64,000 bases of DNA from Octopus sinensis (taxonomy: Eukaryota). This document shows positions 40,601-52,165 of this stretch, in pieces. The stretch lies in assembly GCF_006345805.1 (NCBI RefSeq), contig NW_021833020.1, positions 1 to 64,000 of the forward strand, given 5' to 3'. Numbering within the stretch: the stretch's first letter is position 1; each line of letters begins with the position of its first letter. Made by a program: the position numbers and the translations under genes. The notes beneath the pieces were generated by a model. That model did not search any database and was not told the origin of the DNA. It saw only the letters and a program-made list of their open reading frames with translations.

Positions 40601-41377
40601 ATCTGGGAAGCTACTAAGGTATCAGGAAGAAAAACTTGTATAGATGTCTTTACTTCAGCTGAGAAGCTACTAAGGTATCAGGAAGAAAAACTTGTATAGA
40701 TGTCTTTACTTCAGCTGAGACGCTACTAAGGTATCAGGAAGAAAAACTTGTATAGATGTCTTTACTTCAGCTGGGAAGCTACCAAGTTATCAGGAAGAAA
40801 AACTTGTATAGATGTCTTTACTTCAGCTGAGAAGCTACTAAGGTATCAGGAAGAATAACTCGTATAGATGTCTTTACTTCAGCTGGGAATCTACTAAGGT
40901 ATCAGGAAGAAAAACTTGGATAGATGTCTTTACTTCAGCTGAGAAGCTACTAAGGTATCAGGAAGAAAATCTTGTATAGATGTCTTTACTTCAGCTGGGA
41001 AGCTACTAAGGTATCAGGAAGAAAAACTTGTATAGATGTCTTTACTTCAGCTGAGAAGCTACTAAGGTATCAGGAAGAAAAACTTGTATAGATGTCTTTA
41101 CTTCAGCTGGAAAGCTACTAAGGTATCAGGAAGAAAAACTTGTATAGATGTCTTTACTTCAGCTGGAAAGCTACTAAGGTATCAGGAAGAAAAACTTGTA
41201 TAGATGTCTTTACTTCAGCTGAGAAGCTACTAAGGTATCAGTAAGAAAAACTTGTATAGATGTCTTTACTTCAGCTGAGAAGCTACTAAGGTATCAGGAA
41301 GAAAAGCTTGTTAGAGATGTCTTTACTTCAGCTGAGAAGCTACTAAGGTATCACGAAGAAAAGCTTGTTAGAGATGT
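16608..41377. repeat. Satellite DNA array, 56-bp monomer (55-57 bp variants), ~440 copies, head-to-tail
   Basis: Consensus ATAGATGTCTTTACTTCAGCTG(A/G)GAAGCTACTAAGGTATCAGGAAGAAAA(A/G)CTTGT; period checked (taaggtatca at 16921 and 16977); single orientation, no spacers or TE insertions seen. Confidence 0.99.
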
Positions 41378-41691
41378 AGCTTGTTTGTCACTGTTTTTTT
41401 TGCATCAGGGGAATACAGGGGAAATTTTATCATGGGGTACTATCGTTGAATATTTTAAACAATATTGCTATATTGTATAAAGTTAAAATTTAGATTTAAC
41501 AAGAAGATTATTATAACAAAAGGATAACATTTTAAAAAATACTTTTGAGTATTTACCAAATTTTACCACAATAGAGGGAAGAAAGAAATTACATAGAAAT
41601 AGTTTAATATTTATACGTATTATATACTTAAATATTAACTTATTACGTTATTTATAATTGACGGATGTTTGTCCTCATTTTGTTTGTTGTT

Positions 41692-41737
41692 AACACAACG
41701 TTTCAGCTGATATACCTTCCAGCCTTCATCAGGTGTC
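41692..41737 (-). ncRNA. Minimal type-I hammerhead ribozyme motif in a Penelope-type non-coding repeat
   Basis: Minus strand: GACAC CUGAUGA A GGCUG gaagguauau CAGCU GAAAC GUU GUGUU. Stem I GACAC/GUGUU, stem II GGCUG/CAGCU, palindromic ACGU stem III. Confidence 0.7.
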
Positions 41738-41762
41738 TTCGGGAAATTTCGAATATTTTTCG

Positions 41763-41813
41763 ATGTTGTTGTTGTTGTTGTTGTTGTTATTATTATTGTT
41801 GTTGTTGTTGTTG

Positions 41814-41893
<80 letters not shown>

Positions 41894-41900
41894 ATTATTA
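41763..41900. repeat. (TTG)n/(TTA)n trinucleotide microsatellite
   Basis: Direct reading. Confidence 0.95.
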
Positions 41901-42007
41901 TTTTGAAGAAAGTCGGCACCCGAAGTTTATTTGCTGCCGACTATAACTGCGCTTGCGCGGTGGATTTGTAAAACTATAATGTATAAAGTTGAGACATGAG
42001 TTCCCTC

Positions 42008-42074
42008 TTGCCGATGAAGAACACGGATAACAAATTATTTTATTTGTTCATTAATGTTCGAAACCTAGGTACAA
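42008..42074 (+). ncRNA. Degenerate hammerhead ribozyme motif (core U4 replaced by C)
   Basis: UUG CCGAUGA A GAAC [33 nt] GUUC GAAAC CUAG GUA CAA; stem II GAAC/GUUC, palindromic CUAG loop, stem I only 3 bp. Confidence 0.5.
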
Positions 42075-42333
42075 ATGGTAACTATTGAAAATGTTTTTTA
42101 TTTTTCATCCCCTGCGAAATTACTCTTAACCGTAGTTTGGGCTTTGACTGTTCCTTTTAGCATGTATGGTGTCCTGTTAGGGTCACCTCTTTTGTGTATA
42201 TATGTACACTAATTTTATATGTAAAACATGTTGTCTATGACTATTTTATGCATGCTAGCCACTGGTAGAAAGTTTCTCTAATTTTTCTACCCTATATATA
42301 TTTTCTTAAGATATATATATTCTTTTCTTAAGG

Positions 42334-42364
<31 letters not shown>

Positions 42365-42993
42365 CTTAAGCCTTTTTCAAAGCGTTCCAAATAATTTTTC
42401 CTTCGTTCAGACTTAACAGCCCTTAATGTTTGTGTTACTGTTATTCTCCTTGTCCTGTCTTTTACTGTTTTTATTGGTATTGTCTTTACTGTCCTGTTTT
42501 TGTTACCGCTTTTACTCCTCTGCAAAAAATCTCAAACTTTTTTTTTATTTGCTTTGCGGGAAGGACTGTTTCCACGATGTCGTGTCTCGCTTTACCTTCG
42601 AAACACGGAATAGACGAACCAGAAGGGGAATTTTCCTTGTGTTGTATGTCTTGTACTCTATGTTTTCATTGTTTAAGAAAAATGTCCATTTCCTTGGTTT
42701 TGTGTTTATGTTTTGGTTCGATGTTTTTTTTTGTGTCCTGTACCCATATATGCATGTATATATACACGTAGAGGTAGGTACGTACATATATGTATGTATA
42801 TATGCATATGTTTTATTTATTATTTTGTTATTATATATATAAATATATACATCTATATATATTTATATATATATATACATATACAGGGAAAAATTCAATT
42901 TAGTATTAAATATATTTTATTTTTTCTATATGATATGTTTTGTCTATTATTGTTTGAATTACATAATTGTGGTTTTTCTCTAATTTATATATA

Positions 42994-43032
<39 letters not shown>

Positions 43033-43046
43033 GTGTATATATATAT

Positions 43047-43096
<50 letters not shown>

Positions 43097-43553
43097 ATGT
43101 ATATAATATAATATATATATAATATACATATATGTATATAATATAAATATATATATATAATCTCTATTTATAAAACTGAAATGCGAAAAGTTTGTTTGTT
43201 TGACTCGACCGCTTGGACCGCTTTCAAAGCCACTACATCCCGTCGGATTGACTCCAAAATTTACAGGGACATGTAAAATAAGGTGACGATGCCCGTGGGC
43301 TACGTTAGAAATCCCTATCTTAAAAGGTGTCGTTGCTAGGGCCAAAAACCCACTTTGACAAGACACTCTCAGTCTTTTATGTATCTGTCTTCCTCCCTCA
43401 CTCACTCTATTTCCTCCCTTCCCATCACTTTCCATATATAACGTCGATTCGTCAAACGGCGTTCTACAGCGCTTTCACACACTCTCTCTCTCTCTCTACA
43501 CGTCTGTCTGCATTCATACAGACAATTATCATCGCCATCACCACCACACAGGT

Positions 43554-46019
43554 TTGGGTGGCCGCACTGCTAGAGTTAGGCAACGGTTAATAACATTCGA
43601 TGTTGATAATGCCTGGATTGTTCCATTCAACCCTTTGCTTTCCAAAACATTTAATGCACACATTAATGTTGAGTACTGCAGTTCGGTGAGATGCATACAA
43701 TACCTCTGCAAGTACATTAATAAGGGCGATGATATGGCCGTGTTTGTGTTCAGTGATGAAGACCTTAGACATGACGAAATTAAACAATTCGTTTTGGGTA
43801 GGTATGTATCCTCCAATTATGCAGCGTGGCGCATTTTTGGATACGAGATTCATCTAAGCTCACCATCAATTTTCCACCTGAATGTTCATTTACAGAAGAG
43901 ACAGCTGGTTTACTTCACAGAGAAAAATGCACGTCAAGTCATTGAACATCCAAAAGGGACTACGCTTACAGCATTTTTTAAATTGTGTTCAGTTGATGAG
44001 TTTGCTGCTACTCTCATTTACCCTAAAGTACCGGAATATTACACATACAACAACAATAATTGGAAGCGCAGGTCACATGGAACAGAACTTGACAATTGGC
44101 CCGGTGTTTCTAGGAAGAACGTCATTGGGCGTGTGTATAATATTCATCCTACCAAACAGGAAATCTTCTTTTTGAGAATGCTGCTTCATATAGTTACTGG
44201 ACCGAAGTCTTTTGCTGATCTTCGCACGGTTGATGGTATCATCTGCGCCACTTACAGGGAAGCATGTTTGAGGCGCGGACTACTTCTCAATGACGACCAC
44301 TTACACAGGACATTAGCAGAGGCCTCAAGTTGTAAACTGCCATGGCAATGCGTCGATTGTTTTGTAGCATTTTAATCCACTGTAATCCCAGCAACCCTCT
44401 TAACCTTTGGGAATCGTTCAGACAGAGCCTATCAAAGGACATACAGGCTAATTTAGCGCTACGTGATGGCAACGACGATGTTTATAATGAGGCATTAATC
44501 GACATGGACAGACACATCAGACGCTATGTTATACGCGGTTTTAGTGAATTCCATCTGCCAACACCTGTCCATCATGAAGCGCCTTTGGATGTTGAATACA
44601 TGTCAGAAAAAAACTACAACATTGCCGAATTGACGGAAACAATTACGCGAGATAAACCAAGACTTTTGCCTGAACAAAGAAAGATTTATAATAAAATTCT
44701 TGACAGCGTTAGATTGAACCAAGGAAATCTTTTCTTTTTGAATGCTCCAGGTGGTACTGGTAAAACTTTCGCTATCAATTTGATTCTCGCAAAGCTGCGC
44801 GCTGAACGTCGAATTGCCATTGCATGTGCCTCAAGTGGTATTGCGGCGACACTGCTTCAAGGCACATTGTGCATTCAAATTGCCCATGGACATTGGAAAA
44901 AAAGATAATCCTATATGTAATATAGATCGTAGTTCCTCAAGAGCAAGACTTCTTCGTGAATGCAGTCTTTTTATTTGGGATGAGGCTACAATGAGTAATA
45001 AGGCCATGTTTGAGGCTCTTGACAGAACCCCCCAAGATTTGCGTCACAATACAAGAATAATGGGTGGAGCTACGTTTCTCATGGCAGGAGATTTTCGACA
45101 AACTCTTCCTGTTGTCCGAGCAAGCACTCGAGCCAATGAGGTTAATGCACGTATAAAGCATTCTTATGTGTGGCACAGTGTAATCAGTCGCCATCTTCAA
45201 ACAAACATGAGAGTCCACCTACGTGGTGATGTGGAGTCTGAGGCTTTCGCAAAACAGCTATTAGATCTTGGTGATGGAGTTTTGCCTTTCGTTGATGATG
45301 AGCATATTCGGTTGCCGTTTGGGAATTTCGTTCCAAATGTAGAAGAACTTATAAGAGCCGTTTTACCTGACGTCGAAACCAACTTCCAGGATCTCGATTG
45401 GCTAAGAGCAAGAGCTATTCTATGGCCTCATAATACAACAGCTGATGCTACTAATAAACAAGTGCTTGATATGATTCCTGGTGAGATAGTTTCTTTCATG
45501 TCCATCGATACAAATAAAGATGAGAATGATGCAGTCAAATATCCACCCGAGCTACTCAACAAGCTAACACCTCCGGAACTTCCACCTCATCTTTTGTGTT
45601 TGAAAGTTGGTGCTCCAATCATGGTGCTCAGAAATATGGAAACGCCTGAAATATGCAATGGAACCCGAATGGTTATAAGGAGGATTCAGAGCCATGTTAT
45701 AACTGCTGAAATTTTGAGTGGACCATTCGTAGGAACAATGAAGATGATACATAAAATGAGTATTTCACCCTCTGATGTTCCCCTTCAGTTTAAACGCTAT
45801 CAATTTCCGATAAAACTATGCTTCGCGATGACAATCAACAAGTCACAGGGACAATCACTGGACATTGTAGGCGTTAACCTGTCACAACCGGTTTTCAGTC
45901 ATGGTCAATTGTACGTAGCCTGTTCTCAAGTTGGAAATCTGCATAAACTCTTCATTCTTGGCAATCATGAGCGCACAAGGAACGTGGTTTATCAGGAGGC
46001 TCTGACAAAACAAAACTGA
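43554..46019 (+). pseudogene. Helitron RepHel: C-terminal Rep plus PIF1-family helicase, two frameshifts, N-terminal Rep missing
   Basis: FNAHINVEYCSSVRCIQYLCKYINKG (YxxKY motif), FLNAPGGTGKTF (Walker A), FIWDEATM (Walker B), GDFRQTLPVV, QFPIKLCFAMTINKSQGQSL, FSHGQLYVACSQV (motif VI R replaced by Q). Split over ORFs 43554-44375, 44342-44908, 44814-46019. Confidence 0.93.
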
Positions 46020-46894
46020 TTGTAAGTCATGAAATTTTGCTTGATTTTTTATTTTTCACCTCTTCATTATCTCTTCATTCTTGAAAATAAAGACATTAAA
46101 AAGAACATGGTTCATAAAGAACATTGGGTTCAGATGTTTGCAAACATTTGATCCAACTCATTCTCTTTATTCCTCATTTTCCGATTCCTTCTACGTCTCC
46201 ATTAAACGGTTTAGTCAAGTTATTGTTTCTTCGCTAACATAAGACAGTCATAAAGTGAATGAGTTCTTAATTACATTTTATACACTGTTCCATTGTTTAG
46301 GTGGTGTCGAAAGGACTGGCATGTGTCACCATATAAACTCTCTCAGTCAAACTCCCAACTCATAAGTTCACATCGTGATACTCTTTCTACAAAACTGAGC
46401 CGGGTGTGAATTCTAATTTCATACAGTATTGCAGATGTGAGTTTACAGTCTGCCTTTTTTGGTTTAAACTATCTTCCTGCAGGTTAAAAAACTTCTTTTT
46501 TTTAGAGTCCTCTACAATATTCGCCACCGAAATTCCATTTTCCACTTTTATGATTATACCCAGAGTGCTCTAATCGAATATTAACTGTCTTCCCATTGGC
46601 GGACGTTTGTCTTTTTTTTTTGAAACAAACGCATTGCTTCTTTCGTTTTAAAACAATAAAACAATGCTACTTTAATACATTGGCCCAAGAAACAAAACAT
46701 CACCCACTCTCATTCTATTATGTATCTGTCTTCCTCCATCACTCACTCTCTTTTCTCCCTTCCTTTCACTTTCTATCTATAACGTCGTTTCACAGCGTCC
46801 ATTATCCCCCCTCCCTGCCTACCACAGCGCTTTCACACACACTCTCTCTCTACGTCTGTCTGCATTCATAGAGAGAATTATCATCGCCACGACC

Positions 46895-47283
46895 TAATAA
46901 TAGGAGCACTCCGTCGGTATTACGATGAGGGTCCCAGCTGATACGATCAACGGAACAGCTTGCTCGTGGAATTAACGTGCAAGTGGCTGAGCATTCCACA
47001 GACACGTGTACCCTTAACGTAGTTCTCGAGGAGATTCAGCGTGACACAGAGTGTGACAAGGCTGGCCCTTTGAAATACAGGTACAACAGAAACAGGAAGA
47101 AAGAGTGAGAGAAAGTTGTGGTGAAAGAGTACAGCAGGGTTCACCACCAACCCCTACAGGAGCCTTGTGAAGCTTTATGTGTTTTCGCTCAATAAACACT
47201 CACAATGCCCGGTCTGGGAATCGAAACCGCGATCCTATGACCGCGAGTCTGCTGCCCTAACCCCTGGGCCATTGCGCCTCCAC
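46895..47283 (-). mobile_element. Full-length tRNA-derived SINE family B inserted in the Helitron, 10-bp TSD
   Basis: Minus-strand head gtggaggcgcaatggcccaggggttaggg (A box) and ggtttcgattccc (B box); (ATT)n-like tail; TCGCCACGAC at 46884-46893 and 47284-47293. Confidence 0.85.
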
Positions 47284-47420
47284 TCGCCACGACGACCACC
47301 ACACAATCATGAGAACAAATATGAATCAGATATTTATTGGGTTAATTATATATGTGTGTATGTGTATCTATATATAATGTATATATAATGTATATATACA
47401 AAGTGTATATATCTGTATTT

Positions 47421-47473
<53 letters not shown>

Positions 47474-47535
47474 GTATACATTTATATATATACCACACTC
47501 TTACCCGCGCGTAGAGCGGGTCACCTTCAGCTAGT

Positions 47536-47586
<51 letters not shown>

Positions 47587-47707
47587 ATATATTATATATA
47601 TATGGTTATCAGTAACAATAAAGGGTGAAATTAATTAATTTGGAATAATTATCAATTACACCAAGTAGATTTCGGCATGTAAAAGCCCCATTCGAGGAAA
47701 ATTTAAG

Positions 47708-48101
47708 TAATACTAAGTAATTAAGGGTTTAGCAACGAATTGCCTCACCAACACACCGAATTTAGAAATAGCAGTCAAAGAGATATAGCTATTCCTTCTA
47801 CTAAAAGGGGATCTCAGTAAAAACACAGCACTTGAAAGGCAAACACAGACAGGTAAGAAAGAAAGAATGAAATGACGGCAATCTATCATACAATTTTAAG
47901 TAGGTAACTTAAAATTGTATGATAGATTGCCGTCATTTCATTCTTTCTTTCTTACCTGTCTGTGTTTGCCTTTCAAGTGCTGTGTTTTTACTGAGATCCC
48001 CCTTTTAGTAGAAGGAATAGCTATATCTCTTTGACTGCTATTTCTAAATTCGGTGTGTTGGTGAGGCAATTCGTTGCTAAACCCTTAATTACTTAGTATT
48101 A
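47708..48101. repeat. Near-perfect 394-bp palindrome (194/195-bp arms, 5-nt loop AGGTA)
   Basis: Arms 47708-47901 and 47907-48101 are reverse complements; the only difference seen is G4 versus C5 in one homopolymer. Confidence 0.95.
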
Positions 48102-48485
48102 TATATATATATATATATATATATAAATTACATATATATATGTATATATATATATAATATACATATATATATATATGTATGCATATATATATATGTATAT
48201 TATATATATACATATATATATGTATATTATATATATATGTATATTATATATATATATTTATATTATATACATATATGTATATTATTATATATATTTATAT
48301 TATATACACACACACATATATTATATATATATACACACACGTATAATATATATTCATATATATCAATTAGAAAAAAACTACAATTATGTAATTCAAACAA
48401 TGATAGACAAAACATATCATATAGAAAAAATAAAATATATTTAATACTAATTGAATTTTTACCTGTAAGTTTGGAGTTATACTCC

Positions 48486-48563
<78 letters not shown>

Positions 48564-48612
48564 CACATACATACATGCATGCATGCAAAGATACATGCAT
48601 ACATATATATAC

Positions 48613-48665
<53 letters not shown>

Positions 48666-48673
48666 CATACATA

Positions 48674-48740
<67 letters not shown>

Positions 48741-48899
48741 GTAATATATATATATATATGGGATGATTGCTTCATCTTGAGAGATGATAGTCGTCCCATC
48801 AACACACCAACACCCCATCACACAGCAAATCACTCCGTTGATGAGCCTTCAGATGACTTTTAAGACCAAATGGCAGGGTTTCGAACACAAATGGCAGAT

Positions 48900-49360
48900 A
48901 TTATTGTGAAGTTTCTTTTATATCTTTACTCTTTGGAATCTGACTCTGAAAGATTGTTTTTGTGAACTAGCATATGTCTTTGAAGTCCAGATATTGTCTT
49001 ACAAGTTTCGTGACATATGACACAAGTTGTAAGAGGTGGTTGGTGGGGTTTAAGCTTATTTGCTACCTGGGCATTACGATTTTCACGTGACTCGATATGA
49101 TTCACGTGTTCTACTTTTGATAAAAGAACACGATCACACATAGTACATGTCCAACATCATTGTTGATTTTGGTTCCAATTGCTCCTTTTAAGCTCAGAGC
49201 GCTGAATAATCTTTTCGCGCTTGGCGTTGCAAGCAGTTCCAACAGCACCTCTCCACTTATCCGATCCAGAGCATCAGTTTCCCAATCACTTTTGTTCATA
49301 TCTAGTTTCTTTAGGTTTTCCTACTCACAGTCTTTATATCACGTATGAAAATATTCTTGA
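48900..49360 (-). mobile_element. RTE/BovB-like LINE C-terminus with two C2H2-like zinc fingers
   Basis: NLKKLDMNKSDWETDALDR..WR, WTCTMCDRVLLSKVEHVNH, CVICHETCKTISGLQRHMLVH. Confidence 0.75.
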
Positions 49361-49384
49361 CTCAAACTTAAAGAAAAGTGCAAC

Positions 49385-50645
49385 TAGGAAAGTTGTATGA
49401 TTCTTAGAAAGCAACTTGCAAAAAGAATTCAGGAAGCTTAAAGACATTTAGTGAAGAAATTTGTTTGAGGAAGTGCAAGCGGCCTATAACAAAAAGACAT
49501 TAAGAATTTTTACAGTTTATTGCGGCAAGCTTTTGAACTCCAATCTTTATCGTATGTTCCCTTGAAGTCAAAAGATGGAAATAAGGTTATTAAAGATCCT
49601 CAGGGAATAATGAATAGATGGGGAGAACACTTTGCAGATCTTTTCCACAATCCTTCTGTAGTGAACATGGATATAATAAAAAAAATTTCCGCCAAGAGAA
49701 ATAGTGCAACTCATGAACAATACACCTTCTATTGAAGAAATAAATCTGGCATTATATAGACTTAGATCATACAAGCCCCTGGACTGGATGGTATTCCTGC
49801 TGAAATTCTGAAAGCAAGTGGGGATAATATTTCATCTGAAATTCATAGCCTGATAACTCGTGTTTGGAAAGAATTTTCTGTGCCACAGGCTTGTATAAAT
49901 GATATTATAATTTCTGTATACAAGGGTAAGGACCCAAAATCAATGTGTGGTAATTCTAGATGGATAACTCTCCTGATACATACAAGGAAGATACTTTCAA
50001 GTATCATGTTAGATCGTCTCGTTAAAAATGTGTGTCCACATGTGATTCCCGAGGAACAGTGTGATTTTAGACCTCAGCGAGGAGCAATAGACATGATATC
50101 TTCTACGAGGCAGGTTCAGGAGAAATGCTTAGAGGAACAAACGCCACTATACCATGTCTTCATAAATTTAACTAAGGCATTTGACACGGTAAACAGAGAG
50201 GCACTGTGGACTGTTTTGTGTAAACTTGGTTGTCCAACACATTTTGCGAGCATCTTTAAGGAACTACACAGAGTAGGGAGTTTTAATGGCGACTTACGAA
50301 TTTTCGGTGGGCAACGGTGTCAAACAAGGAGATATTCCTGCCCCTACACTTTTCTCTATTTATTTTGCTACATTGCTTTGGCATGCTTTCAAGGATTGCA
50401 ACAGGAGAATCGGAATCAGATTTCGGACATCTTGTTGCGTTTTTAATCTGACCTAGTGTAACTGCAAAGCAAGGACTTTCAAATCACTTGTCAGGGAATT
50501 ACTTTACGCTGGTGATGATGTTGGCACACTCTGAGGGGTATATGCAACATTTAACGGACAGGTTTTCCACTGCATGGTTATATTTCGAACTCAAAATTAG
50601 TCTGGGGAAAACCAAAGTAATGTTGCGTCAGGGCAACCATATTCT
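49385..50645 (+). mobile_element. RTE/BovB-like LINE reverse transcriptase region (pseudogenised)
   Basis: RWGEHFADLFH, PGLDGIPAEILK, KGKDPKSMCGNSRWITLL, PEEQCDFRPQRGAIDMI..RQVQEKCLE, FINLTKAFDTVNREALW, GVKQGD, LLYAGDD, KISLGKTKVM. Confidence 0.9.
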
Positions 50646-50654
50646 GAACCAAAC

Positions 50655-50656
<2 letters not shown>

Positions 50657-50744
<88 letters not shown>

Positions 50745-51218
50745 CATATATATATATATAATTAGCACAAAAAAAGAAATATATATATATATATATATGA
50801 GAGAATGTGCACATGAATTTAGGTGTATGGGTTTGCATGCATATATATATACGGATACACTTATATATACACACGCATGTATACATACACACATGTATGC
50901 ATACGTACCTACGTACATGCGCGCATACGCATAAATATATGCGTATACACTCTCACACATGCATATATACATACTAATATATATATACATGCACATATGC
51001 ATATACACACATATACACACATACTCATACATATGCATATGCAGTTTCTGTATAGTACATATACCCACTTACACACTCTTCTACACGCACACACATATGT
51101 ACATATACGCACACTCATATATATATATACATATACATACATATACATACCTATACATGGTAAGCAGGCTACAGTAAAGAAATATGTACATATATATATA
51201 TATATATATATAATATAC

Positions 51219-51249
<31 letters not shown>

Positions 51250-51634
51250 ATATTTTGTGCTAATTTTGTGGGATTTGTTTTGTTTTGTTTTGTTATGTAC
51301 AACTATGTATGGTGTGCCACTGAGTCACTCATACATACATACACACACACACACATATACATACATACATACATACATACATACACACACATACATACAT
51401 ACATACATATATACATACATACATACATACATACACACATACATACATACATACATACATACATACATACATACATACATACATACATACATACACACAC
51501 ATACATACATACATACATACATACATACATACATACATTCATACATACATACATACACACATACATACATACATACATATATACATATATACACACACAT
51601 ACATACATACATACATTCATACATACATATATAT

Positions 51635-51682
<48 letters not shown>

Positions 51683-51796
51683 TGAAATATATATATTACA
51701 TAGGCTTATGAAGAAGAAGTCCGGGATCGATTTCGTCGACTAAAGGCGGTGATCCAGCGTGGCCGCAGCCAAATGACTGAAACAAATAATGGAAGA

Positions 51797-51876
<80 letters not shown>

Positions 51877-51985
51877 GTATGTATGTATGTATGTATGTAT
51901 GTATGTATGTATGTAGTATGTATGTATGTATGTACGTATATATATATATGTATATATGTATATATATATATATATATATGTAATA
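50657..51985. repeat. Microsatellite-rich block: (TA)n, (CATA)n, (TATG)n
   Basis: Direct reading; contains a SINE tail at 51700-51797. Confidence 0.9.
51700..51797 (+). mobile_element. SINE family A 3' tail
   Basis: gatcgatttcgtcgactaaaggcggtgatccagcgtggccgcagccaaatgactgaaacaaata. Confidence 0.75.
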
Positions 51986-52131
51986 TGTGACACTGATTCT
52001 GTAGCCATGATCAAACTCCGAGTTTCGGATGCCGAGGTGGAAATCCACGCCGCCATCGGAAAATGCTATGAAAAATGACCGTTATACAAAGGGAAATTAC
52101 TGTGTGATTGACCGTTATTAAGACAAAAGAG

Positions 52132-52165
<34 letters not shown>

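Larger units (their letters stand above)
43161..47534 (+). mobile_element. Helitron with both termini, non-autonomous
   Basis: 5' A|TCTCTATTTATAAAACTG...TTTGTTTGTTTG; 3' hairpin ACCCGC-gcgtaga-GCGGGT (47503-47521), 9 nt, then CTAG|T; encloses Rep/helicase coding remnants. Confidence 0.88.
42882..48467. mobile_element. TA-flanked ~115-bp inverted repeat pair (42884-43000 / 48350-48465) enclosing the Helitron and palindrome; possible Tc1/mariner-type MITE with nested insertions
   Basis: Left TA|CAGGGAAAAATTCAATTTAGTATTAAAT...; right ...ATTTAATACTAATTGAATTTTTACCTG|TA; about 6-7 differences by eye. Confidence 0.55.

Noticed and set aside
16608-41377. CRISPR-like or coding interpretation of the array; the 57-bp variant reads DVFTSAEKLLRYQEEKLVR in frame
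   Set aside because: There are no unique spacers or cas genes and the context is eukaryotic. The dominant 56-bp unit shifts frame and has stops, and one open 19-codon frame out of six is expected by chance.
16608-41377. Hammerhead within the satellite monomer, as in newt or schistosome satellites
   Set aside because: Neither strand has CUGANGA plus a stem followed by GAAA; only CTGAAGT, CTGAGAA and CTGATAC occur.
47650-47700. Minus-strand GGC-ttttacat-GCC-GAAA hairpin
   Set aside because: The upstream junction is CUCGAAUGG rather than CUGANGA, and no valid NUH site follows.
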